In this document: positions 12,122-22,875 of the stretch, one piece after another
Layout of the letters: every line of letters starts with the position of its first letter
Numbering within the stretch: the first letter of the stretch is position 1
NCBI GenBank assembly: GCA_950097015.1
Contig: CATNEN010000016.1
Location: forward strand, 1 to 32,187
Origin: Macrostomum hystrix
Taxonomy: Eukaryota > Animalia > Platyhelminthes
Reading direction: 5' to 3'
DNA length: 32,187 nt
Position numbers and translations under genes: made by a program
The notes under the pieces: model-generated
What the model was told of the DNA's origin: nothing
Databases searched by the model: none
The model's input: the letters and a program-made list of their open reading frames with translations, nothing else

Positions 12122-12222
12122 TTTCCAGAACTTTCTACCACTTGTTATAACACTCTGTTGTTTCCAGAATCTTCTCTGCGCCTCCCCCGCGGGCTATCTA
12201 TGAGAACTTTCTAGAAAGTTCT
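12122..12222 (+). promoter_or_regulatory. Three heat-shock elements in the 5' LTR
   Basis: tTTCcaGAActTTCt (12122-12136), tTTCcaGAAtcTTCt (12161-12175) and aGAActTTCtaGAAagTTCt (12203-12222). All are perfect alternating nGAAn arrays. Confidence 0.8.
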
Positions 12223-12239
12223 CCCACTCGCTCCCAGGC

Positions 12240-12247
12240 TATAAATA
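12240..12247 (+). promoter_or_regulatory. TATA box of the 5' LTR
   Basis: TATAAATA, 17 bp after the four-unit HSE. Confidence 0.8.
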
Positions 12248-12425
12248 GAAACCCCCGCGCGGTGCACACACTCAAAAACTTTCCAGTATTTAATAATACT
12301 GCTGTTACAAATATACGCTTATCCAGTCGACTGCCGAGTGCTCCTTTCGGCGCTATACTTACATTTACCAACACTACAATTGGAATCTCTGTATTCGTTA
12401 CTTCAAGAATACAACAGGGATTTTC

Positions 12426-12443
12426 TGGCGTCGCAAGCAGGAT
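12426..12443 (+). promoter_or_regulatory. Primer-binding site, probably tRNA-Ser type
   Basis: TGGCGTCGCAAGCAGGAT, 9 nt after the LTR. Its complement ...ATCCTGCTTGCGACG-CCA has the form of a tRNA 3' end with a G discriminator, as in tRNA-Ser. Confidence 0.7.
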
Positions 12444-12515
12444 CTTGATCAACTTCGAGGACGTCTAATCTACAACGACTGTCACTATTGACCGAAGGAT
12501 CAAGCTACTACAATC

Positions 12516-13454
12516 ATGCCCGAAACGATGCAAGACGAGGATATAATCAGCCTCCTACGGCAGCAGATGGAAGAAGAGCGCCAACAGCGGAACGCTGACC
12601 GGCAGATGATGCTCGACCTCATTCGGTCTCTAAAGCCTGCAGCGGACCAGTCCAGGCTGCAGCTTTGCCGACACATGTGACGACGTCGACTCCGGGTTTC
12701 TCGCCATTCGACGCCACGTCCGAGCTCTGGCCCGACTACTTGGCCAGATTCTGCACCTTCACGGGCGCGAACTCCATACCCGACGACAAGAAGGCTCAGG
12801 TGTTCCTGACGAACCAGTCTCCGTCTGTCTACAAGCTTCTCTCAAACTTGGCAGCGCAGCAGACGCCGCGGAAGGAGATCAACAAGCTCACTATGGACGA
12901 GATTGAGAAGTTCATGGAAGAACAGTATGACACCAAGCGCTTCATCGTGCGGGAGCGTTTCCGGTTCTGGAGCGACATGCGGCGGAAACCGGTGAGACGA
13001 TCCAGGAAATGGCTGCGAGAATCCGCCAGGATGCAACCACCTGCGATTTCTCTTCCATCAAAGATCCACTGGACGAGGCGCTGCGCACGCGTTTCATCTG
13101 CTCAGTGAGGAACGAAGCAGTACTCAAAGCTTTGTTCAAATTAAAGGTGGAAGAGCTCACGTTCGCCCGGGCTGTCGAGATCGCCATCGAGACAGAGGAA
13201 GCCGCCCGAGTCGCCAAGGAGACGGTTTACGGCGACAAATCCAGCCCGTAAACAAGGTTAAGCAGAAGGTTCGGCGACCCGGAGCCACTTCGGCGAAATT
13301 TACGACAGATTCTACTGCTTCCAGGTCTACTACTGACTCTGCGTCTGGTTCGTGCTACCGCTGCGGAGCGAAGAACCATCGGGCAAACGATTGCCGATTC
13401 AAAGACGCGACCTGCCGGCACTGCAAAAAGGTGGGTCACCTAGAATCTGTCTGC
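12516..13454 (+). CDS. gag: Gag (capsid-like region plus two CCHC zinc knuckles); frameshifted in this assembly
   Basis: Starts MPETMQDED; contains PFDATSELWPDYLARF and LRTRFICSVRNEAV. Knuckles CYRCGAKNHRANDC and CRHCKKVGHLESVC at 13353-13454. Confidence 0.9.
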
Positions 13455-16400
13455 CGTTCCAAGGCAAAGGATCTGCCCCTGCGGCGAACTTCAAGAAGCC
13501 AGTGAAACAGGTCGAGGAGCATGTGCTTGTACATGCTGTAGCCCGAACCGAGGACGACCTGCCTAAGCTGGAAGTGTCGATCCACATCCAAGGCAAGGCT
13601 CTCGCCATCGAGGTCGACACTGCGACAAACGGCAACTTCATCACAGAGTCATTCTGGAAGAAGCTGGGGACGCCGCCGCTCGAAGTAGCGATGTCACGCT
13701 ACGAGTCCGCCAGCCGACACGACTTACCTGTACTAGGTACCTTCGTCGGGAAAACGACATTGCCTGGCTCAGCTCCTGAGCACGACATCCAGTACATCGT
13801 CACACAGGTGCCCGGCTTGAATCTACTCGGCCGGACCGCCACGAAGCTGTTGGGAATCTCCGTCGACAAACTGCTCGGCGCTGCCAGCGCCATTCAAGAA
13901 GTCAACGCAGTGTTTGACCACCTGCCGCCGGACGAGGCTCTTCAAAAGGCCTGCCGAAATCTTTGCGACGAATTCCCGGACCTGTGGAAGGACGAGCTGG
14001 GTTGCCTCAAGGACTTCAAGCTCGAGTTGCAGTTTAACCCGGATGCAAAGCCGGTGTTCCGGAAGGCTAGGCCTGTCCCCTTCGCCATCCGCGAGGAGCT
14101 CGAGCGCGCCTACGACGAGGGCATCAGGAGAGGCATCTGGGAGCCTACTGACTTCAATGACTACGGGACGCCCGTGGTCCCCGTGCGAAAGCCCTCGACC
14201 GGCTCAGAGCAGCCGAAACTGCGAGTCTGCGGAGACTACTCGTGCACTATCAACCCGCAGCTGGAAGACAACCGTCACCCGCTGCCCCTCCCAGAGGAAC
14301 TGCTACAGAAGCTGGGAGGCAGCTACTGCTTCTCAAAGGTAGATCTGGCCGACGCCTACAACCAGATCGAGTTGGGACCGATGAGTCAGAGGCGCCTGGC
14401 ACTGAGCACCACCGGGGTGTGCTTCTTCAGAAGCGGCTCGCTTTCGGCCCGAAGTCTGCAGTGGGTGAGTTCCAGTTCATCATGGAAATGGTAGCCGGTG
14501 ATCTGCCCGGAGTCGTTTTCTACTTGGACGACTACCTGGTCGGCGGCGCGACCGCTGATGAGCATCTCGCAAACCTACGCCGGCTTTTCCAACGCCTTTC
14601 TGACAAGGGAGTTCGCTGCCGGACGGGAGAAGTGCAAATTCGCCATGCCCAGCATCGAGTACCTTGGCTATGTACTGTCAAAAGAAGGCATCGCCAAGGG
14701 AACCAAGGTGGACGCTGTCCGCGAAAGGCCTCCACCAAAGGACGTGTCCAGCCTCCGGTCATTCCTCGGCTCGGTCCAGTTCTACGCGAAGTTTCTGCCG
14801 CCAAGCATGGCCACGATCTCCGAGCCGCTGTACCGGCTCACCAGGAGGGACACACCGTGGACCTGGAAAGACGCAGAGCAGCGGGCCTTCGACCAGATCA
14901 AGGAGGAGCTCTCGTCGGAACAACGTGCTGGTCCACTACAATGCCGACCTCCCTCTCGGGCTCTCCTGCGACGCATCCAACGTCGGGATCGGCGCCGTCC
15001 TGTTCCACCGCTACCCGGATGGTAGCGAGCGGCCGATCGCCAACGCTTCAAAGTCTCTGACGGATGCTCAGCGCCGCTATCCTCAGATTCAGAAGGAAGC
15101 CCTTTCAATCATCTTCGGCCTAAGAAGTTTTTCCAATACTTGTTCAACCGCAAGTTCATCCTGGTCACGGACCATAAGCCGTTGATTTCTCTATTCGGGC
15201 CCGAGAAGGAGACACCAGTGATGGCGGCAAACCGGCTGGCACGGTGGGCTAACCTGCTCCACAACTTCACCTACGAAGTCGAGTACCGCCAGACCAAGAG
15301 TCACGGAAACGCGGATGCCCTGAGTCGCCTGCCAATGGGAGACGACCCAGATTTCGACGGGGAGGAGAGCACAGCCGACTTCGACATGGTCTGTGCGATC
15401 AAGGTCCTAAGCTTGCAAATCCAGCCGGCTGACGCCTCAGCCGTGGCCAAAGAATCATCGAGGGACCCGGTGATCTCCACCGTCATGCGCTACTGTCGAG
15501 AAGGATGGCCACCAGACAGGCGAGACGAAGACGCCGAGGTGGCCCGCTTACGGAAGGTCAAGATTCGCTCTCCTGCTGCAACGGATGTCTTCTGCAGGGC
15601 TGTCGTCTTGTGATTCCTCAAAACCTTCGGAAGGAGGTGCTGAAGATTCTCCACCTCGGACACTTTGGAATGCAGAGGATGAAGCAGCTGGCTCGATCGG
15701 CAGTCTACTGGCCGAACATCGACGACGACGTCGAGCACCTGTGCCGCGGCTGCCATAGCTGCGCTGAGCACCAAAATCATCCGCCAAGGCCGCCGTTCAT
15801 CCGTGGATGATGCCTGAGAAGCCTTGGAGTCGCCTACATCTGGATCACGCAGTCAACTTCCTCGGCACCAACTGGCTAGTGCTCACGGACGCCTACTCGA
15901 AGTACCCGTGCATACCCCCGACGCAATCCATGTCAACGCGGGCAACGATCGAGCTTCTGGAAGAAGACTTCGCCCACTTCGGCTACCCTCACGCCATCGT
16001 CACTGACAATGCAGCGGCATTCATGGCTGAGGAGTTTCAAGCTTGGTGTCGCGAACACGGCATCGCGCACCTCACAGGAGCTCCGTATCATCCTGCAACA
16101 AACGGAGCGGCCGAACGACTGGTTCAGACCTTCAAGAAGGCCCTGAAGAAATCCAGCCTGCCACCTGCCAGGGCGCTACAGCAGTTCCTGATGCAGTACC
16201 GACGGACTCCTGCGATCAACGGCTACTCTCCGAGCGAACTCCTAAATGGCCGGCAGATCAGGACGCAGATTGATACTCTGCTGCCATCTCCAGCCCATCT
16301 CGCCCAGGATCGCCAAGTCAAGCAGGCCGAAGAGTCCAGAGCTCGGAAAAAGGTGTCTCGCGTCCGAGAAGGCTACAACGTTGGAGATCCGGTCTACGCT

Positions 16401-16773
16401 CGCTACTACGGACCACACCGCGAGAAGGAAGGCCGCTGGGTTCCGGCAGTGGTCACCAAGCGGCACGGCAAGCCGCAGCGTCAACGTCAAGGTTGTCCCA
16501 AGCGGCCCGGTGTGGCGACGGCACTTCGACCAGCTTCAACCGCGACACGTGTCCGCGGAAGACAGCGAGCCAGGATCACTGCCGACTCAACAAAACGAAA
16601 CGGCCGGCCACCTGATGCTGCCGGCCACACCAGCGGTGGCACATCCAGGATCTCGACCCAGGCCTCCAGGATGGCGAGCGCCGGACCAAGTCCAACACCC
16701 GCCGCCCTACGGACCAGATAATCCACGACGGTCGGCTAGGCAGCGAAAGCCACGGCTACAAATGGACTTATAG
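13455..16773 (+). CDS. pol: Pol (aspartic protease, reverse transcriptase, RNase H, integrase); several 1-nt frameshifts
   Basis: Protease EVDTA; RT LRVCGDY, KVDLADAY, YLDD; RNase H CDASNVGIGAVL, QIQKEAL, TDHKPL; integrase HLGHFG/CxxC, HLDHA, VTDN, PYHPATNGAAER. No env or chromodomain seen. Confidence 0.95.
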
Positions 16774-16800
16774 ACTTTCTATCAGCTGTACTCACAGTTT

Positions 16801-16811
16801 TGGTGGGGAGG
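16801..16811 (+). promoter_or_regulatory. Polypurine tract
   Basis: TGGTGGGGAGG directly before the 3' LTR. Confidence 0.8.
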
Positions 16812-17143
16812 TGTTGTGGGTTTCGTTACGATAATTCCGTAAATAGTTTTCCAGAACTTTCTACCACTTGTTATAACACTCTGTTGTTTCCAGAATCTTC
16901 TCTGCGCCTCCCCCGCGGGCTATCTATGAGAACTTTCTAGAAAGTTCTCCCACTCGCTCCCCAGGCTATAAATAGAAACCCCCGCGCGGTGCACACACTC
17001 AAAAACTTTCCAGTATTTAATAATACTGCTGTTACAAATATACGCTTATCCAGTCGACTGCCGAGTGCTCCTTTCGGCGCTATACTTACATTTACCAACA
17101 CTACAATTGGAATCTCTGTATTCGTTACTTCAAGAATACAACA
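16812..17143 (+). repeat. 3' LTR (332 bp)
   Basis: Copy of 12086-12416, followed by TSD GTAAC. Confidence 0.98.
16848..16974 (+). promoter_or_regulatory. Heat-shock element cluster and TATA box in the 3' LTR
   Basis: HSEs at 16848-16862, 16887-16901 and 16929-16948; TATAAATA at 16967-16974. Confidence 0.78.
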
Positions 17144-17660
17144 GTAACTATATTGGGTAATTTTTATAGCTAATATAGTGGCTGCTATATCGATGAAATT
17201 GAAACACAAAGTATAAAAGTGTATCTAATTTGTAATATACATTTATATGTATGTACAAGCATTGTATTTTACTTTCACGAAGGGACTTCAGTAAAGTAAA
17301 AAAGTCATGATTACAATAAGTTTAAAAGAGTTTCATTACTTGGTTAAATTTTTATATGGCTATTTTCAGCTTAATTATTTTTTTTAATTACATGAAGCTT
17401 GATAATCATACTTAATAAGCTGGGTATTTTATATGTCATTGTGCTGATCATCGTAAATCACGAGGCTTGGCAAAGAAACATTAAAGTTTTTACGACTACA
17501 CATTTGCCGTCCATGTTTGTTTCCCCTTGCAAACAAAGAGTAAGTTGTCTGATGCTAATAAGATCGAGATTCTGTTTTGCTCTAGAACTGAGTTGCAGGC
17601 TGACAGTCTATTAGATTCTTTTCTGCACGTTCACATTATTAACGTTGATCTGGTGTGGAA

Positions 17661-17712
17661 ATGACATCTGCTTTGACTGGAACTAAGAAACGTGTTTGCT
17701 ACTATTATGATG
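17661..17712 (+). CDS. HDAC1: Class I histone deacetylase, coding exon 1
   Basis: MTSALTGTKKRVCYYYD-G matches the HDAC1/2 N-terminus. Phase-1 donor G|GTAAGT matches the exon 2 acceptor, giving G-DIG. Confidence 0.88.
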
Positions 17713-19432
17713 GTAAGTCGAATTTTTAGACCAGATTATGATATTACCACTTGTTTGTAGTACACTGCTAGTTGTGTCTATTAAAATGTATCATATTTTA
17801 ATTATCTTTATCGCTCAGAATCTTGCAATCAATACCGATTAGCATTAGCTTTATCCATACCATAGACATAGTCAGTAATATCCCTTTGCTTGGAAAATTC
17901 CAGCGCAGAATGGGTTAGAACAGGCACCAACTCAGAGCCCTAACAAAAGGTAGAAAAGAGCTAGCTATTCATATTTACTTATTTCTCTTTCAGACTTTCA
18001 ACTTAAGTGTAAATAGACAAGCCTAACATAGTTAGGATCCTGTCTTATGTGAAAGAATTCAACATTCATTTTGGAGTCCCTTTCCTTTAGGATGGCTTTA
18101 TTATCTGGCTGCGTTTTTGCAATCCCTTAATCGTAATGTGGTCCAAAAAGTGGAAACTGATTTCAGAAATTGCATTATATATCTCTTTGCTAGGGAAAGA
18201 AAGTCCCTTATTTTTGGCTAACAAGTTTTTCTAGTCTAGTTTTCCATGCCAGCATGTGAAAGACCCAAAAACGTTTAGGTCTGCCTATGATTTGGGCTGG
18301 TGGGTAGGGCTGGCTCTGACTTCATGTAGCTCTAGATGAATGAGGGGGTAGGTATAAAATATACATTAGTGTAAGGATGATTTGTGCACGCAAGTTGTGC
18401 ATATCAAGCCTGTTGTCCCTATCACCCTCTGTCACCCATTGATTCTAAACATAGGGGCAAGGAAAGGTTTGACACAAATAAAAAAACTAGGCCCCTAAGT
18501 GTTTTACTTGCCTGACAGAAAAAAACTACAATTCTTTCTTTAATTAACAGCTAGTTCTAATCTTGGGCATTGACTATAAAATACAATGGTATCAACATAG
18601 GCCTAACCATAGAAATAGCACAACAGACATAAGGCAATTTTGCATTGACAAAGAACTTTTTTAGAGATAAATGGAAAGGCACAGTGCTTTATCTGCATAG
18701 GAACTGTCACTGTTTTCAAGAATGCTTATATCTGCCTTCATTTGGATTCTGCACAAGGCATCAAGGTATATAACAATAGACACTGTTGCTTGCCAGAATG
18801 TAGCAATAAAAACCATAGTTTTGTAAAATTCAGCTATAATTATCTGTATATTTAGATAAAGTAACAATAACTACTATTATTTAAATAGCCAAGCAACATT
18901 TTTTACAATTGCCATAAGCTGGTGCATGCATTAAGAATACTTTATTGACTATAGTACTTATTAAATTAATATTTATACTAAAATGTTTGTTAGCCAAGTT
19001 GTATCCATAATAAGTGGTATCAAAAATAGCAAATATTTAAGCTAGTGAACAAAATATTTATGAAAGGTAAAGAAAATTGCGTGATGAAATTTAGTGTAGT
19101 GGTATACCAATGGACCCCTTTCAAACTTCGACATTTAATATTTAGTTACCTTTAACATAGTAGTATATAGTAATATAACAAATACTACTACAAATACTAA
19201 AGGTACATACAACTACAATACATTTTTTCTTCTTGCAATGGGTAAACTTGGTCTGAGTAGTAAAAAAGCAACTTTAGTGTCCTCTGGGGGCACAGGCAGA
19301 ATTTTAGGATTCATACAATCCCCTAATGCAAATTACACTTGTCCTCTCAATCAGCTAATACTCCCCTCCCTGTTGGCCCCAAACATATCACCTCTTGGCT
19401 GGCAACCTAGGCAGACAAAAACCTACTCTCTC

Positions 19433-19850
19433 CAGCAGCAGAAAACTAATGTCCCCCAGGAGCAGAGAACCAATGTCCCCCAGCAGCAAATAAACAATGT
19501 CCCTTAATAGCAGAGAACCAATTAAGTGTCCCCCTAGCAGCAGAGAACTAATGTCCCCCCAGCAGCAGAGAACTAATGTCCCCTAAGCAGCAAATAACCA
19601 ATGTCCCCCCAGCAACAAAGAACCAATGTCGCCAAACAGAAGAGAACCTCCATAATACCAGGCTACCAAACCCCCCACAAGAAATTGGTAGCCCCCCACA
19701 CAAAACTTTCTCCCCTTGACAGCAAACCATTGCCCCCATATAGCAGAGAAATTATGATTTTAGTCAGCCCTGCAAATATCTCCCAGCAGTTAACCAGTAA
19801 CCCCTTTAGCAGAGAAAATATCCTATTTTAGCAGAAAAATGTTTTTCCAA
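19433..19850. repeat. Minisatellite (CAGCAGCAGAGAACTAATGTCCCCC)n, degenerating 3', in HDAC intron 1
   Basis: Direct periodicity; reverse complement of the 6768-7345 core. Confidence 0.85.
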
Positions 19851-19954
19851 TAACATATTTCAGAATTTAATTAAAAAATACAAAGCACTAAAAATCAGTA
19901 AGCCAAGGACAGTTGAGAAGGATTTACACAAATTACTACGCAAGGATGTCGACC

Positions 19955-20195
19955 AATGTCCCTCAGCAGGTAATGAATGTCCCTCAGCAGGTAATGAATG
20001 TCCCTCAGCAGGTAATGAATGTCCCTCAGCAGGTAATGAATGTCCCTCAGCAGGTAATGAATGTCCCTCAGCAGGTAATGAATGTCCCTCAGCAGGTAAT
20101 GAATGTCCCTCAGCAGGTAATGAATGTCCCTCAGCAGGTAATGAATGTCCCTCAGCAGGTAATGAATGTCCCTAAGCAGGCAGACAATGTCTCTC
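19955..20195. repeat. Perfect 21-bp array (AATGTCCCTCAGCAGGTAATG)n
   Basis: About 10-11 near-identical copies. Confidence 0.97.
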
Positions 20196-20333
20196 TTTAG
20201 CAAAGAACTAATGACACATTTAGCATGTAACCTGCTAAATGTTGGCTTTATTGCAAAAACGTGGCTATGTCTGCAGGTGATTGAATGTTAAGTCCCAAGG
20301 AATTCATGGAACTTTAGTTCCCTTTGATTAAAA

Positions 20334-20414
20334 CCTGAGATTCGAACTCCCGACCATGTAAGAGTTGTATTCAAAGTCCAAAGCTCTAACTACTCGTACT
20401 CGGCCACTGGACTA
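20334..20414 (-). pseudogene. tRNA-derived sequence (tRNA-Gln-TTG-like pseudogene or SINE head)
   Basis: Minus strand shows TGGCCGAGT (A-box-like), TTGGA-CT-TTG-AA-TACAA (anticodon arm, one mismatch) and GAGTTCGAATCTC (B box / T arm). The acceptor stem is not intact. Confidence 0.45.
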
Positions 20415-20531
20415 ATCTACACACGGATTAATACCTTTAGAGAGCTCAAAAGTAATGATATACTTTAATTGCTTATTTAAATGTAAAAATCGGATTAACA
20501 AGGTTGAAATCAAACCCATTTGAAACGCCAG

Positions 20532-21396
20532 GCGACATCGGCAAACTACTACTACGGGCAGGGCCACCCGATGAAGCCGCACCGCATAAGAATGACACAC
20601 AACCTGCTGCTGAACTACGGCCTGTACCGCAAGATGAGATCTACCGGCCGCACAAGGCCACGGCCGAGGAGATGACGCGCTTCCACAGCGACGACTACAT
20701 CAAGTTCCTGCGCTCCATCCGGCTGACAACATGCACGAGTTCAACAAGCAGATGCAGCGCTTCAACGTTGGCGAGGACTGTCCCGTGTTCGACGGCCTGT
20801 ACGAGTTCTGCCAGCTCAGCACCGGCGGCTCCATCGCCGGGCCGTCAAGCTAAACAAGTGTGCCACCGACATCGCCATTAACTGGGGCGGCGGCCTCCAT
20901 CACGCCAAAAGTCCGAGGCCTCCGGCTTCTGCTACGTCAACGACATTGTGCTGGCCATTCTCGAGCTGCTCAAGTACCATCAGCGGGTGCTGTACGTTGA
21001 CATCGACATTCACCACGGCGACGGCGTCGAGGAAGCCTTCTACACCACCGACCGCGTCATGACCGTCTCGTTCCACAAGTACGGCGAGTACTTTCCCGGC
21101 ACCGGCGACCTCAAGGACATTGGCGCCGCCGCGGCAAGCACTACGCCGTCAACTTCCCGCTCAGGGACGGCATTGATGACGACGCCTTCGAGCAGATCTT
21201 CGCTCCCGTCATCACCAAGGTCATGGAGCACTACCGGCCCTCCGCCATCGTCCTGCAGTGCGGCGCCGACTCTCTGGCTGGCGACCGTCTCGGCTGCTTC
21301 AACCTATCGCTGAAGGGCCACGGCCGCTGCGTCCAGTTCATGAAGAAGTTTGACACCCCCCTGCTTCTGCTGGGTGGGCGGTGGCTACACGATCAG
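20532..21396 (+). CDS. HDAC1: Class I histone deacetylase, exon 2 (about seven 1-nt indels)
   Basis: CCAG|[76 protein letters not shown]|GT. Confidence 0.96.
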
Positions 21397-21430
21397 GTGG
21401 GTCCGGGCTGTGGGTGGCTTCTGCTGGCTA

Positions 21431-21640
21431 GAATGCAGCATCAGGCAGCTGGGCAGCATCAGGCAGCTGGGCAGCTGGGGATGGAGCATCAGGCAGCTGG
21501 GGATGCAGCATCAGGTAGTTGGGGATGCAGCATCAGGCAGTTGGGGATGCAGCATCAGGCAGCTGGGGATGCAGCATCAGGCAGCTGGGGATGCAGCATC
21601 AGGCAGCTGGGGATGCAGCATCAGGCAGCTGGGGATACAG
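21431..21640. repeat. 22-bp array (GCAGCATCAGGCAGCTGGGGAT)n filling HDAC intron 2
   Basis: Period 22 (21549, 21571, 21593). Confidence 0.93.
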
Positions 21641-21680
21641 CCTTATGCAGATGGGGATTCAACGAATCCCGCCTCCGCAG

Positions 21681-21910
21681 GAACGTGGCCCGCTGCTGGA
21701 CCTACGAGACGGCCATCGCTCTGGGCCAGGAGATCCCAAACGAGCTGCCCTACAATGACTACTTCGAGTACTTCGGACCGGACTTCAAGCTGCACATCCA
21801 GCCGTCGAACATGTCCAACCAGAACACCCCGGAGTACCTGGAGAAGATCAAGACTCGCCTGCTGGAGAACCTGCGAATGCTGCCCAACTCACCTGGAGTT
21901 CAGATGCAAG
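21681..21910 (+). CDS. HDAC1: Class I histone deacetylase, exon 3
   Basis: CCGCAG|[40 protein letters not shown]...PGVQMQ|GTGAG. Confidence 0.96.
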
Positions 21911-22084
21911 GTGAGCTCTGGCTTCTGTGCTCAAATCCCACCTGCTTTAGATCCCACCCACTGCACCATCCTAATCTGTGTCATACAAATACATACAACT
22001 CATAAAAATCCACACAGTCTCATACGAATCCCATAGAGTCTCACAGATCCCATATCAGAGAATTCTCAACTCCAACACCCGCAG

Positions 22085-22395
22085 ACATCCCGGAGGACGG
22101 CATGGTGGTGGACGCGGACGTGGCGCAGGAGGAGGCGGAGCAGGACCGCGGCAAGCGGGACGAGCAGCGGGTGAGCATTCGCTCGTCTGACAAGCGCGTC
22201 TCCGGCGACAACGAGCTCAGCGACAGCGAGGACGAGGCCGGCGACGGCCGGCGCGACGTCAGGTCGCACAAGCGGCAGAAGCGGGACAGCCGCGGCGAGT
22301 CGGCCGCCAAGCCCGAAGGCGTCGCCAAGAACGGCGACGGTGCCGGCAAGGCTGACTCAGCAACCAAGGGGGACAGCGAGGCGAAGACGGATTGA
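22085..22395 (+). CDS. HDAC1: Class I histone deacetylase, last exon (charged C-terminal tail)
   Basis: CCGCAG|AC IPED...RVSIRSSDKR...ELSDSEDE, ending in TGA. IPED and SDSEDE match the HDAC1/2 tail. Confidence 0.93.
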
Positions 22396-22875
22396 AGGAA
22401 TCGTCTGTGGACTCTTCTCTCGGCAGCTTTACTAATTTAATCCCGTGCACCCATTGAGGAGAAACCGCAGCTGAAGGATCCCAATTCTGATTCAGTTCAA
22501 GATCCAATCGCATAGAGATGTCACCCTGGCTCTTTTAAAATCAAACTATGCTACTCTTGATCTGTTTAGGCGCATATTCTCCGTAGTAGCCTACTCACTT
22601 GGTTTCTTCTAGTAAGTAGTATAATTGGCATATCGCATTGTTTTTTATTTGTTGTTAAATACGACTTTAATGAGTGTTTTTATTAAATATTCAGGGCTAG
22701 TTCGGTTAAAATCTAATTCGTTGTATTTTATGAGTTTATCGGAAGTCTAATTTATCTTTTCGTCTTGCATAGTGTTGTTGAAATCGTTACACACTTGCTA
22801 GCTTGTACTTTTATTCTCTCAGTTTCTAAAAAAATACATTTCTCTACTGCTTTTTTAATGCTTGCAGTCAAAACA

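Larger units (their letters stand above)
12086..12416 (+). repeat. 5' LTR (331 bp)
   Basis: TGTTGTGGG...GAATACAACA; identical to the 3' LTR except one C in a C-run. Confidence 0.98.
12086..17143 (+). mobile_element. Full-length Ty3/Gypsy LTR retrotransposon (Mag / K02A2.6-like), 5058 bp
   Basis: TG..CA LTRs, 5-bp TSD GTAAC (12081-12085 and 17144-17148), PBS, PPT, and domain order gag - 2x zinc knuckle - PR - RT - RH - INT. Confidence 0.97.

Noticed and set aside
13440-13500. Possible programmed -1 frameshift between gag and pol
   Set aside because: No X-XXY-YYZ slippery site is visible, one missing A in GCAAAGGA restores a continuous frame, and similar indels occur throughout the window.
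12198-17209. Minus-strand and alternate-frame ORFs over the LTRs and pol
   Set aside because: Shadows of GC-rich coding sequence or LTR sequence, with no recognisable motifs.
20532-21396. HDAC1 as a frameshifted pseudogene
   Set aside because: The indels fall at base runs, catalytic motifs and splice sites are intact, and the same error pattern affects the transposon and the TRP gene. Sequencing error is more likely, though polishing is needed to prove it.
21223-22005. 260-aa ORF suggesting an HDAC with a repetitive insertion
   Set aside because: It reads through the GT-AG intron 21397-21680; splicing restores the conserved GGGYTIR-NVARCW.
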